Source: Mobula hypostoma (lineage: Eukaryota). Taken from it: a stretch of DNA of 64,000 nucleotides. Numbering within the stretch: position 1 is the stretch's first letter; each line of letters starts with the position of its first letter. The notes under the pieces were generated by a model that was not told where the DNA came from, made no database searches, and saw only the letters and a list, made by a program, of their open reading frames with translations. Below are positions 36,605 to 49,222 of this stretch, in pieces. The position numbers and the translations under genes were made by a program. Location: assembly GCF_963921235.1 (NCBI RefSeq), contig NC_086097.1, positions 14,446,001-14,510,000 on the forward strand. The letters run 5' to 3'.

Positions 36605-37021
36605 TACCTTATTCGGTGACTTTATTAAGACTAAAAATTGAACTGACTGAACAGAGTGAATGCAGGGAAGTTGTTTCCCATTGGCTAGACTAGAACAAGG
36701 GGGTTCAATTAAGGGGTATGTCATTTAGGATTGAGTTGAGGAGCAATTTCTTCACCATGAGGGAAGGTGAATCTTTGGAAGTCTCAGCTGTGTGTGAAGC
36801 CTCAGCATTGAAATTACTCAAATCAGACCTATCAATTTCTGAATATTAGAATGGAGGAATATGGGGATATTGTAGGAAAATGGGGTTGCGCAGAGGACTA
36901 ATTTTGTCCTATATAAATGGAAAAGGGAACAGATGGTTGACTACTGCTTCCAACTGAGAGATAACTTGATAGAAATGTACAAGATGATAAGAGGCCTAGA
37001 TAGAGTGAACGACCAGAGACA

Positions 37022-37510
37022 AAAAGGATCTAGTGCTTTCCCGGCATATATGACGAATAAACTCTTCTTGGGCTTCAAGCCGGGTACAGGTATCGATTAT
37101 AACTGATGTTTCAATGACAAAGTCTGCCTGATTCTTTACGGATGAATTCCTTTCCTTAGATGCTGCATGACCTGTTGAGTTCTTCCAGCGCTGTTTGTGT
37201 GTTGCTTTGGATTTCTAGCATCTGCAGACTTTCTTGTGTTTATCTTTTTGTCTTTTATTTTCATGTTTGTACTTTATTATCCCATATATAAAGCACTTTG
37301 AACTACATCGCCCTTATGAATTGTGTTCCATAAGTAATTTATTATTGTTATTCTTATTATTATTATAAAGTGCCTTTGCCCATCTGCTGTTGAAGTTCTG
37401 ACCATCAGGAAACTGGACCCCCTTCCCTGAAGAAGATGGCAGAGTCTGTCATCAAAATGTTGGTTATAATCGATACCTGACCTGGCTTGAAGCCCGAGAA
37501 GAGCTTAGTA
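37022..37510. mobile_element. PLE family 2 inverted arms enclosing duplicated intronic DNA, inserted in a CR1 fragment
   Basis: Arms at about 37060-37128 and 37438-37505 are reverse complements. Decayed hammerhead at 37427-37461. 10-bp TSD ACCAGAGACA at 37012-37021 and 37511-37520. Confidence 0.7.
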
Positions 37511-38059
37511 ACCAGAGACATCTTCCCTAGAATGGCTAATAGGAGGGGGCATATAACTTTAAGGTGACTGGAGGAAACTACAGCAGGGATATCAGAGATA
37601 GTTTTTCTTTACACAGAGTGTGGTGGCTGCGTGGGACGCCATGCCAGGGGTGATGGTAGAGGCAGATACACGGGGAACATTTAGCAGACTCTTAGATAGG
37701 CACATGGTTAAAAAAAAAATGGAGAGCTATGTGGGAGGTAAGGGTTAGATTGACCTTAGAGTGGGTGAAAAGATTGGCACAATATTGTGGGCCGAGGGGA
37801 CTGCACTGAGCTGCATTGTTCTATGTTCTGATTATTATATTCAAAGAGTAACGGAATGAAGAAATTAGGGGTAATAAAGTGGGAAGGAGAGGATAGGGGT
37901 GCAAGAGTGAGGAAGGACCTTAGCAACCATTTCCAGGCAGTCTTTTGGCATTCACTGTTGTCCATGAGTGGTGGAGAGAGCCCACTAACAGTGCAACCTG
38001 CCGCAGCACCCAACAGGCCTGCCTCAGCTGAGCTGAAGGGATTGGCACAATATTGGATA

Positions 38060-38260
38060 TCGGCCGATCAGGACCGGGGGGGGGGGGGGCGGGTGGCGAT
38101 ATAAACGTGAGCACTCCCAAAGAGAAACACCAACAATTATGCACAGGATGTCACCTCGACTGGTGATGAAACATCTGCAAGTTAATTGCCAAGCTCGGCG
38201 AACACTGCAACATCAAATGCCTCAACCCGAGCTACTGATATTCACCACCATCATATACAA
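38060..38260 (+). mobile_element. PLE family 3 terminal repeat (solo, decayed hammerhead)
   Basis: Aligns by eye with 63705-63893; aggatgtcacctcgactggtgatgaaacatctgc. Confidence 0.72.
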
Positions 38261-38787
38261 TGTTATGTCAGTGTACCATCTGTAGCCTTAGCAAGGAGCT
38301 GTTTCAAGTCAATTTAATTATGTTTTGAAAAAACACAAGGGTATAAAGTAGGTTTTTAAATAAAGGGAATGATGCCACAAAACAGTACCGACCATGATGA
38401 GATTGGGCTTGTATGCCCAGCAAAAACATCCCACCAAAACCCTGAAGGGAATCCAACAGTGTCAAAGCCAACTTCTGTTCACACAGTTCACGTGACCATA
38501 TATGCCTGCAAAGTTTACTATGTTTTCCCGAGTGGTGTGGAGACTGGTGGGAAAAGGGCAAGAGTCTGGAAAACGTTCTGAAAGGAAAACCCAGCGGCCA
38601 CACACCAGATCTCCCAGGTCACCGGCTCGGTGCGTGGGAGCGACCATCGCTGGTTTACGGCCAGGCCATCACTGAAATCGTAAAGCCATTGTTTTGCAGC
38701 CTACTTCAGTTTTACAACTGTCCGACACACAAGTGAGAAAGTGAGAACGATGTTGTGGCAGGGGGAGGAGGGTGAAAGACAGGTTTT

Positions 38788-39075
38788 AAGAGGGGAGAGG
38801 GAAAGAGGAGTAGGGAGTGGGAAAGAGGAGTAGAGAGAGGGAAAGAGGAGTAGGGAGTGGGAAAGAGGAGTAGAGAGAGGGAAAGAGGAGTAGGGAGTGG
38901 GAAAGAGCAGTAGGGAGTGGGAAAGAGGAGTAGGGAGAGGGAAAGAGGACTAGGGAGAGGGAAAGAGGAGTAGGGAGAGGGAAAGAGGAGTAGGGAGTGG
39001 GAAAGAGGAGTAGGGAGTGGGAAAGAATAGGGAGAGAGAAAGAGGAGTAGGGAGTGGGAAAGAGGAGTAGGGAGG
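38788..39075. repeat. Purine-rich 20-bp minisatellite, about 14 copies
   Basis: GGGAAAGAGGAGTAGGGAG(T/A) units. Confidence 0.93.
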
Positions 39076-39984
39076 AAGGTGAATGGAGAGGTAGAAAGTC
39101 AGGGCAACATGATAGGGTGAAGGAAATGGGATGGCAGGTAATGAGATAGATCAATATTAGAAAGATTGGGGAACAGGGAACTAGCATAAAAGAGGAATTG
39201 AGGTCAGAGTAGATCAGACTTGCTCAAATTGAATGGTGGGACAGACTTGAGGGGCCAGGTGACCCTGCTCCTATTTACTTGAGTTATTGAGAGACAGGGA
39301 TAGAAAGGACTAACAAACACTTACTTCAAAATGATCAACAAGCTTATAAAATCAGATCTGCAAATTTCATAGCCACCCTTATCTGAAAAATTGGCAAAGA
39401 AATGTATTTTTAAAACATTTTCATGACAGGATTCCTGAGGCACTCTGCATTTCTGTTAACTGTAGAACTACGGCTGTCATTTTGTGCACAGCAAGTTTCC
39501 ACAAACAGTAAAGTGACAATGACCATATTGACCGAAGATAAACACTCAGCTGGAGACTGGGGCTAATTCCTTTGACCTTCATTGAAACAGTACCAAAAAA
39601 TCTTTAACATCTATCGGGAACAGCAGCCAGAGGTTCAGTTTAAAGTCTGATCCAAAAGACAAGGTCACAGTAATATCATACAATAGATAATGAAGAAAAG
39701 CCTGCATCCAGTCCTTAGTCAATTTCTAAATTGTGGCCAATGCCCTGAATACAGTCTGCTCCAGAAGATTCATCCTTTGTTGGAAAACTAGATACACTTT
39801 TCCTTTAGAATATAATGAAACTCCAGGTCCCTCTCTGCTGCTTGGGCCTCTCCTTTGCATTCACAGCAGGTCAGAAGCAAGAACAAGAAACATCACTTTT
39901 ACCAGTACCCTAAATTAATACCTCATCAGAATGGACTAAGCAACTGCACTTTGATCAGAAGAATGAGAAATATATTTTTTTATT

Positions 39985-40255
39985 TAGAGATAAAGCATGG
40001 AACAGGCACCTCTGGCCCAATGAGCGGTGCCACTCAGCAACTCATCTATCTAACCCTAGCCTAATCACAGGACATTTTACAGCGACCAATTAAGTTTTCA
40101 ACCGGTCAGGCTTTGGACTGTGAGAGGGAACCAGAGCACCTGGAGGAAACCCACACACTTACAGGGAGAACGTACAAACTCCTTACAGACAGCGCTGGCA
40201 CTGAATGCTCCGAGCAGTAATACCATCGCACTAACCGCTGGGCTATTGTGGCACC
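39985..40255 (-). mobile_element. HE1/V-SINE-like SINE
   Basis: ctttggactgtgagagggaaccagagcacctggaggaaaccca is the reverse complement of the family core. Confidence 0.78.
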
Positions 40256-40647
40256 CTGACTGAGTCACCAGAACTGACAGGTTGGTGTTGCATCATAGGA
40301 ACACTGAATCATTAGATTGGAAATGAAATACTCTTTCTTATGATGTTAGCTGTAACAAAGAATTATACACTTACAGAGTGATTCAGAAAATGTTCTAATC
40401 TGTTAAATGCATTCAAATGCGAACAATGCAAAATGCTGCTAAGTCTGAGGAATATTTGAGTTGGCCAAAGGAATTTAAAAGAAACATTCTCCAGTGGCAG
40501 TGTCCATGACATGTTTTCCTCTTCAAGGGAGCATTAACGAGATGAAAGGACTAAAGCCCATAAAGAACAATCAAAAGGAGAAAGGTAGGGAAAGGAGAAA
40601 AAAAGAATGAGGAAGTGATATGCCGGGAAGGTGGACCTATGTTTGCA

Positions 40648-41078
40648 TAAGACCGTAAGATATAGGAGCAGTAGTCGGCCATACAGCCCACTGAGTCTGC
40701 TCCGCCATTCAATCATGGGCTGATCCAATTCTTCCAGTTATCCCCACTCCCCTGCCTTCTCCCCATACTCTTTGATGTCCTGGCTAATCAAAAACCTATC
40801 TAGCTCTTCTTTCAGTTAGTTCTGACGAAGGGTCTCGGCCCGAAACGTCGACTGTACCTCTTCCTAGAGATGCTGCGTAGCCTGCTGCGTTCACCAGCAA
40901 CTTTTATGTGTGTTACCTATCTATCTCTGCCTTAAATGCACCCAATGGCTTGGCCTCCACAGCCGATTGTGGCAACAAATTCCACAGAGTTACCACCCTC
41001 TGACTAAAGTAATTTCTCCGCATCGCTGTTCTAAATGGACGTCCTTCAATCCCAAAGTCGTGCCCTCTTGTCCTAGAT
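40648..41078 (-). mobile_element. CR1 3' fragment interrupted by a 112-bp hammerhead-bearing PLE insert (40803-40914)
   Basis: ORF 40913..41119 SRTRGHDFGIEGRPFRTAMRRNYFSQRVV; 9-bp TSD ACCTATCTA at 40794-40802 and 40915-40923. Confidence 0.85.
40818..40853 (+). ncRNA. Minimal type I hammerhead ribozyme motif, intact core
   Basis: AGTT-CTGACGA-A-GGG TCTCGG CCC-GAAA-CGTC-GACT. Confidence 0.7.
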
Positions 41079-41365
41079 TGTGCAATAAAAGCCTCTGTAG
41101 AAACTATAAATTTAAACAATCTCCCTCAGAAGATAATTAGCGGGTCAACTCGTCTGAACTACGCTGCTAAACTCTGAAACTCAACACCTAAAACTATAAG
41201 GGATACAGGCTCAGTTGACACTTCTAAACACCAGCTCAAAGACCATTTATTTAACCTTGCTTTTAACTAATATCTTTGTGTCCTGAAGATGGGACTTGGC
41301 CCAAAACGTTGACTGCCTGTTCATTTCCTTAGATGTTGCCAGACCTGTCGAGTTCCTCCAGCGCT

Positions 41366-41423
41366 GTGCGTGTGTGTGTGTGCGTGCGTGCGTGTGTGTG
41401 TGTGTGTGTGCGCGCGTGCGTGC

Positions 41424-41460
<37 letters not shown>
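41366..41460. repeat. Compound (GT)n/(GC) microsatellite grown from a PLE arm gtgtgtgtt seed
   Basis: Alternating purine-pyrimidine run of about 95 bp. Confidence 0.95.
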
Positions 41461-41462
<2 letters not shown>

Positions 41463-43519
41463 GCTTTGGATTTTCAGCATCTGCAGACTTTCTTGTGTTT
41501 ATCTTTTGACTTATATTTTCACGTTTGGACTTTATTATTCCATTTGTAAGGTACATTGCCTGCATGAAATAAGTTCTATAAGTAATTTATTATTGTTATT
41601 ATTATTATTATTATTATGATAATAAAGTGCCTTTGCCCATCTGCTGTTGAAGTTCTGCCCATCAGAAAACTGGACTGGGCACTCACGGTCACGATATGCC
41701 CTAATGTGGGTCTCCTTTCCCTGGAGACACAAGAGACTGCGGATGCTGGAATCCGGAGCAACACACTAAGTGCTGGAGGACCTCAGCAGGTCGGGCAGCA
41801 TCAATAGAGGAAAATGGATATAACATTTCATATCGAGACCCTTCATCTCCTCTCCATGCCTTATGTACTGACGCCATGATGTGATTAATATGTGTGGTGA
41901 CCATTAACTACTAATAATAAACACAAGAGATTCTGTAGATGCTGTAAGCACAAAGCAATACACACAAAATGCTGGAGGAACTCAGCAGGTCACGTAGCAT
42001 CTTTGGAAATGAATAAACAGTCGATGTTTTGGGCTGGAAAGGAAGGGGGGAGATGCCAGAATAATGTGGTAGCAAGTAAGGAAGGAGGATAGCTAGAAGG
42101 TGATAGGTGATGCACGGTGGGTGGGAAAGGTAAAGGGCTGAAGAAGAAGGGATCTGTTAGGATAGGACAGGAGGAGCGGAAGAGAAAGGGAAGGAGGTGG
42201 AGACCCAGGAGAAAAGGTAAGAAGCTAGAATGGGAAATTGAATAAGAGGGAAGAGGGAGGAAGAAAAAATTAGTGGATGGGTGGGGCAAGAGAATGGAGA
42301 CAGAGAGGAAGTGATATATTGAGTGAGCAATAAAAGAGTTAAGATGCATTCGTCAGTACACAAGTGTAAAGGAGAACAAAATGATTGTTACTCTGGATCT
42401 GGTGCAGCATAAAACAAGAATACAATAAAAAAACACAAACATTTAAATACATAAGATTGTAAGATTAGTTTAAATACATAGACTAATTGGAAAGATAGCA
42501 AGCCAAAAGTCAGGAAGAGGGAGAGGGAGGGGAGGGAGTGAAGTGGGGGGAGTGAAGGAGTGGGGTAGGGAAAGGGAGGGAGAGAAAGAGGGAAGAAGAG
42601 AGAGAGAGAGAAAGAGAGAGAGGAAGAGAGGGGAGAAAGAAAGAGGGAGAGTGTGAAATAGAGAGAATGAAAAAAATGAAAATAACAGAGAGAGGAAGCG
42701 AACCAGAGAAATAAGATGAAGGAAAAGTGAGGCCATGAGCATGTGAAGAAGGAAGTGTTTTTAAACTAGCCCTGTCAGTCAGCATGGTCTGTCACTGGAA
42801 GGAACGTGGTGCTTGCTTTGGACTCCATTCATACAATGTGTTGGCAAAGGCTGCTTGGAAAGCACACAGCAAAAGTGCCGTCGGAGAAGCTTGCACTCAC
42901 ATCCTAACAGTTCCTTCCATCCGTTTTCTAACATCACACGTGCCAAAGGAAGCAAGAGATCAACAAAAAAAAACCTTTTCAGCGAGGGCTTGCCAAATGT
43001 TTATTTATTTTCATATTATAATGAAGTAACATGTGTTCGCAGACTGCCTTTCTGATACAGCCTCTCCTGACTTATAGAAAGTGTTTATTTAGGCAGCGGT
43101 CTTTATATACACAAATCATGACTTTGGACGTCTTCCTAAAGTCTAACAGCTACTGCTGACTTCCCCTGTAAACTATAGCTCTGGTTCTAGATGTTAGATA
43201 AGGGCCATGATTGCCACTAAACTCAAAGACATTTTTTTTGGGGACATTTCAACTGTTCTCTTCTCCAGCCAAGTGTGACTGGCCGTTTCTTTGCTAACCA
43301 GCCTTCTCTCTGTGCACTCCCCAGTCAATTAGTCTCCACCTGAGTTGACAGTGGAAGGAGTCCCCACTGATGTTTGCAGCTTTGCGTTCCAGAGTGTGGA
43401 CAGAACACGGTTCGCGGACGAACTGTCCAACGTAATGCAGGGCTAACAGAAAGCTTCGATGACAACAAACTACAGAGTGGGCACAGACTGCTGGCGAACA
43501 GGTTCTAACTAGAGTCAGT

Positions 43520-44670
43520 TGAGTGCACTTACGTGGCCGTTAGACACTACACCATGCTTACAGCGATCAGTTTTTAAGTAGCTTCAGTTATGTGTGTTTG
43601 TGTTCAAACAGCAGTGACTAAGTCACTGATAGTTGGTGAGAAATAAGCAGTAAGATCATCCGGAACTGTTTTCCTCACTGTGGTTTCAAGCATCAGGATC
43701 GGAAATGTCAGAAATGGCCAGGAGTGAAAATGAAACAATTTCACTACCACAACTATATAGGAATTATGAGGAATTTGAAGGTATCAACAATCATTTTGAA
43801 TGTCACAATGAAAATGAAGATTTTGAGGATGCAATAGTCTAAGGCAATGTATGAAGGCTATATATTATCTGCACTAAGCATCTGTGCTGATTTTGTTTGT
43901 TTATCATCAATCAAAAAAAGCGTCAGATGAATTTCTGTGCTGATAACTATTAGGAATGAATACACGGCTTTATAGTACTGTAGAGGTACTGGTAGTGTTC
44001 TAATTTGTTCTGCCTTTCATTTAAATACATAAATTGTTACTCAGTTAAACATCACTTTGTCTTCTTTATACCTTTTAATTATTTCCAAGAAACTTTGGCT
44101 AATTGGGCCAAAATGTACTGGTCCTCATGTGTCCCAATTTGAGTTTGAGGGAATTTAGTATGTCACTAAAGACGCCCACAAATTTCTACAGATGTACCAT
44201 GGACAGCATGCAAACTGGCTGCAAACACCATCTGGTATGGCGTGGGGGGGGGTGCTACTGCGCGGGATCGAAATAAGCTGTAAACCTAGCTCCCTCATGG
44301 GCACTAGCCTCTGTAGTATCCAGGACATTATCAAGGAGCGGTGCCTCAAAAAGGCAGTGTCCATCATGAAGGACCCCAGGACCCCATCACCCAGGACATG
44401 CCCTCTTCTCATTGCTACCATCAGGAAGGAGGTACAGGAGCCTGAAGACACACACTCAACAATTCAGGAACAGCTTCTTCCCCTCTGCCATCAGCTTTCT
44501 GAATGAGCATTGAACCCATGAACACTACCTCACTATATTATATATATCTGTAATTTGCATATTTTTTCTATTATTATGTTTTGCATTGTACTGCTGCTAC
44601 AAAGACAACAAATTTCATGGCACATGCCAGTGATATTAAACCTGATTCTGATTAATTGGAATCCACCGTC
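43520..44670 (+). mobile_element. Decayed Tigger/pogo-like DNA transposon, interrupted by a Rex1/Babar-like fragment (about 44140-44650)
   Basis: 43622-43690 translates VTDSW*EISSKIIRNCFPHCGFK, a pogo-type W..I...I.NCF..CGF motif, followed by an acidic tail. The terminus is split as gtgtcccaatt | aattggaatccaccgt. Confidence 0.6.
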
Positions 44671-46024
44671 TATCACAGTAAAATATTTTGAGTATGTTTA
44701 TTCTATATCCTCCCTCCTTAGTATAGATCGGTATGTGATAGCTGTATGGACACGCAGGCAAAAGAGACTGTTTCTATACTGTATGACTGATTTTAATTCT
44801 GCTGTGACAGCTTTGCTGGATTTTTCCCTTTGGTGGAGTGAGGGAACAGGAAACACTTGAAAGAACAGACTTCCAGTCCATGAAATATCTCCTTCATACT
44901 CTGGCTTCACATTAAGAATGATGCACGTCTTAAGCCACCTTTATGTAACAGATCTAAGGCTTACTGTCACTTTAACATTGAATAGCATGAGAGCTTACTT
45001 GGTTGTTGCCTGAAATGGAATAGATCCAAGGAATTCTTGGCGCTGTTAATAAACTTGTACACTGCAACACAACTCCTGGGAATAGGTGCAAGGCCTTTAC
45101 AAATTTACAATTTTAAAGTGGCTCTTGAAAAAAAAATGTTCATTACACTGTGACAGCTGCAATAAAACCCATTAGCAACTCTGCTTTTCTTTAAACAAGA
45201 GAGCGAAGTGATCTATAGTTTCCAGTCCAAAATTTTCCAAATAAACATTCAAAATAAAAACTACAAGTAACACATATAACATGCTTTGGGAACTCAAGCA
45301 ATGTGTAAGGAGAGGAATAAACAGTCGATGTTTTGGGCTGAGACCCTTCATCAGGACTGGAAAGGAAGGGCGGAAGAGCCAGTATAAGAAGGAGTAGGGA
45401 GGGGAAGAAGTACAAGCTAGAAGTTGATAGCTGAAGCCAGGTGGATGAGGAAGAGTGTGAAGTGAGAAGCTGGGAGGTGATAGGTGGAAAAGGTAAAGGA
45501 CTGAAGAAGGAATAAAAACTAAGCAATATGATCAGGAAGAGGAGAGGATTACAGGATAAAGATTCTCAAATGATTTATGATGATATACAGTAAATCCTTC
45601 TATCATTCTTCCCAGTCAAAAGGCAATGTATGAGAGACTTGTATTAATCAGTGAAGACTGAGAATTCAAGAATACTGTGCTAGAAATGGGACCCTGATAG
45701 GACACTGAGGACCTGGAGTCCATGTGGTAGGAGCACACAGACACTCAGCATGAATGGCAGAGGGAGTACACGTCCTCGTAACTTACCCAATCACACAACC
45801 CTTCTGGGACCTCTTGCCTTGTCCACGGCAGAGTGCGTTTCACACCCCGATCGGTCATCTTAGAAACATAGCTGGTCCTCCTTGATCCCAAGGGACAAAC
45901 TAGGAAGAGTTCTCAGCACCAGAGAGGTTGTGACAGTGCAGGAGACGAAGATGCAGGTAAGTTACGAGGATGAAGCCAATGCTGCAGAATTTTACTTATG
46001 AGGAGAGGTCATCTCGGCTAGGGT

Positions 46025-46505
46025 CATTGCCTACACATCTACACGAAACGTTGTTGCAGGAAAGCAGCATATATCATCAGGGTCCCCCTCCACCCAGGTT
46101 ATGCTCTCTTCTCACTGCTGCCATCAGGAAGAAGATACAGGAGCCTCAGGAAGGAAACCACCAAATTCAGGAACAGTTATTACCAAAGGAGATAATTTCA
46201 CTCAACTTCACTTGCCCCATCATTGAAATATTCCCACAATCTATGGACTCACTTTCAAGGACTTCATCTCACGTTTTTGATTTTTATTTCTTATTTACTT
46301 ATTATTATTATTATTTCTTTCTTTTTGTATTTGCACAGTTTGTAGTTTTTTGCACACTGGGTGAACGCCCAGATTGGTCTGGTCTTTCATTAATTCTATT
46401 ATGGTTATTATTCTATTATGGATTTATTGAATATGCCTGCAAGAAATGAATCACAGGGTTGTCTATGGTGATATGTTTGTACTTTGATAATCGATTTACT
46501 TTAAA
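46025..46505 (+). mobile_element. Rex1/Babar-like LINE 3' fragment
   Basis: ctcttctcactgctgccatcaggaagaagatacaggagcctcagg...gtactttgataatcgatttacttt. Confidence 0.7.
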
Positions 46506-48849
46506 TTTTTGCGACAGAGGGTTGATTTAATGATATGTGAATTAGGAGGGTCCACAACAAGAAAGCTGTAAAAGAATTGAATGGTGGGGGGTGGGGGTTT
46601 GAAACTCAAGCAATGCGCAAGAAGCTGAACAAACTCATCAGGCCAGGCAGTACCAAAGAAGGGAATTAGAAACATCAACTGGCCACCTTCCATGGATGCT
46701 GCCTGACCCAATGAGTTCCTCCATTGTTTAATGTGTTGCTCTAGATTCCTACATCTATAGTCTCTCAGATACAGATTCACACCTAGTTATTACACATACA
46801 TCGAAACATATGGGGAATTGCGTCTTTTACATAAACAACCAACAAGGTTTCAAACTGACTGCCTGAAAGTGCGTAGAGGCACAGGCCCTGTTGGATGGAT
46901 GATCACATGAAGCCCTCTGGGGCTGCGGGCCCAGGAATGAGCAATGGAGTTTAACCTAAGGTCTCAAAAGATCAAATTCTTTCACGTTAAATCCCAGCAC
47001 CAACTCCACTCACCCTGGCAACTGGCCTGAACCCTCATGTCAAACAATACAAGGAGCACACTAGCTAGACCCTTGCACTGAAGCTCAACTCCAGTGTTGT
47101 CCTTGAGTCTGCCAGCCAGCTAGACACTCAAGGCCAGCTTCTACGGTGCCTGACTTTCCCACACCATTGCATAGCTTGGCTGACAATAAGGTAGCACACA
47201 GAAAGGAAATTTACTGATCAGAATCAGATTTAATATCACTAGCACATGTGAAATTTGTTGTTTTGTGGCAGCAGTACAATGTAATACATAATAATAAAAA
47301 ACTATAAATTACATTAAGAACTTAAAGGCATCCGTTAGTCTTGTGAGACCATGGATCTGCGCCTGGAAAGCCTTCACTCTCCAGGGCGCAGGCCTGGGCA
47401 AGGTTGTATGGAAGACCGGCAGTTGCCCATGCAGCAAGTCTCCCCTCTCCACGACACCAATGTTGTCCAAGGGAAGGGCAAGGGCCGATACAGCTTGGCA
47501 CCAGTGTCGTCGCAGAGCAATGTGTGGTTAAGTGCCTTGCTCAAGGACACACAGGCTACCTCGGCTGGGGCTCGAATTCACGACCTTCAGGTTACTAGTC
47601 GAGTGCCTTAACCACTTGGTCACGTGTCCACATTTATAAGAACTATATATGATTCAATTAAATGAATACTGCAAAAACAGTTTAAAAAAAAGAAAAAAAG
47701 TGAGGTAAATTACATAGGCTGATTGTTTGGTGGAGGGGAGGAAAACTGTTCATAAACTGTTGAGTGTGTGGCTTCAGGCTCCTGTATCTCCTCTCTGAGG
47801 GTGGCAATGAGAAGAGGCTATGTCCTGGATGATGGGGTCCTTAATGATGGATGCTGCCTTTCAGAGGCATCGCCTTTTGAAGAGGTTCTCGATGCTGGGG
47901 AGCCTAGTACCCATGTTGGAATTAGCTGAGTTTACAACTTTCTGCAGCTTTTTCCAATCCAGTGCAGCGACCCCTCCATAACAGACACAACCAGTTAGAA
48001 TTCTCCCCACAGTACATCTGTAGAAGTTTGCTGGAGTCTTTGGTGACATACCAAACCCCTGATAAAATATGTCGGGTTTGTGGCTTCGCATACTACTTAA
48101 CAAATGGATTCCCCTCACCAACCAAGACTGAGGGATCCTTTGATAGATAACTGAGCCAACAGCAAGGCTGGGACAGAGAAATTAAGAACAGGAATAATCC
48201 AAACCAAAGCTTTTCACGGTGCAACTAATCAGGCTAAGGGGATGAGTAATCACAGGCGCTAAAAGTGTTTTAAGTCAAACAAATCTCAGAAGGAACTGTC
48301 AGAGATACAGACTCAACCATTCAGCAGGCTGGCCATAAAACCTGCAGAGTAAATTGGCAAGAGCAGCATCTGAGGATTTGCATACATCACTGGCATTTTG
48401 ATGCACCGTGTCGATGTCCATTTGGCTTCATCTCATGCCAAGGCAATCACCAGCATGGCAAATGCTTCCTTATATAAACACGTCCTGACATTCACCACTA
48501 CATAATCCTCTCAGATTGGCTGAGGTAACACAAGGCCTGGAGCTAAGAAGGTAATGTTCTCTTTCAAGTGTGTATGTAGGTAAGAAGGTAACATTTTCTC
48601 TCAAATGCATGTGCGTGGGCATCCTTGTTCACCTTTGTCCATGCGTATGCGTGTCTAAGCAAGACAGGGAGGTAAGACAGGGGAAGGGGGCAGCGGGTGG
48701 AGCGAGAGAAAGAAAGAGGGCCAAGAAGAAAAGCTCTACTGCATGTGAGACGAGATAGGGAGCGTGAGAGGGAGCAAGCGCACCACTGTGAGAGCCAGTG
48801 TGAGAGAAGAGAGCAAGAACTTGTACAAGAAACACAATTATACAAAATC

Positions 48850-49222
48850 GTACAAGGGAGTACAAAGTTATGAGGGGTATAGATAGAGTAAATGCAAGCA
48901 GGCTTCTTCCACTGAGGATGGGTGGAACGACAACCATAGGCCATGGCTTAAGGGTGAAAGGTGAAAAGCTTAAGAGGAACGCGAGGGGAAACTTCTTCAA
49001 TTAGAGAGCCATTAGAGTGTGTGGAACGAGCTGCCAGCACAAGTGGTGCACATGAGCTCGATTTCAACATTTAAGTGAAGTTTGGATAGATACATGGATG
49101 GTAGGGGTATGGAGGGCTATGGTCCCAGTGTAGGTTGATAGGAATAGACAGTTTTAATCATTTCGGCATGGACTAGATGGGCCAAATGGCTTATCTCTGT
49201 GCTGTACTTTGCTATGACTCTG
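48850..49222 (+). mobile_element. CR1 3' fragment
   Basis: tacaaagttatgaggggtatagatagagtaaatgcaagcaggc... followed by a CR1 3' UTR. Confidence 0.82.

Noticed and set aside
38786..39187. 133-aa Leu/Pro/Ser-rich ORF
   Set aside because: It is a translation of the 20-bp minisatellite.
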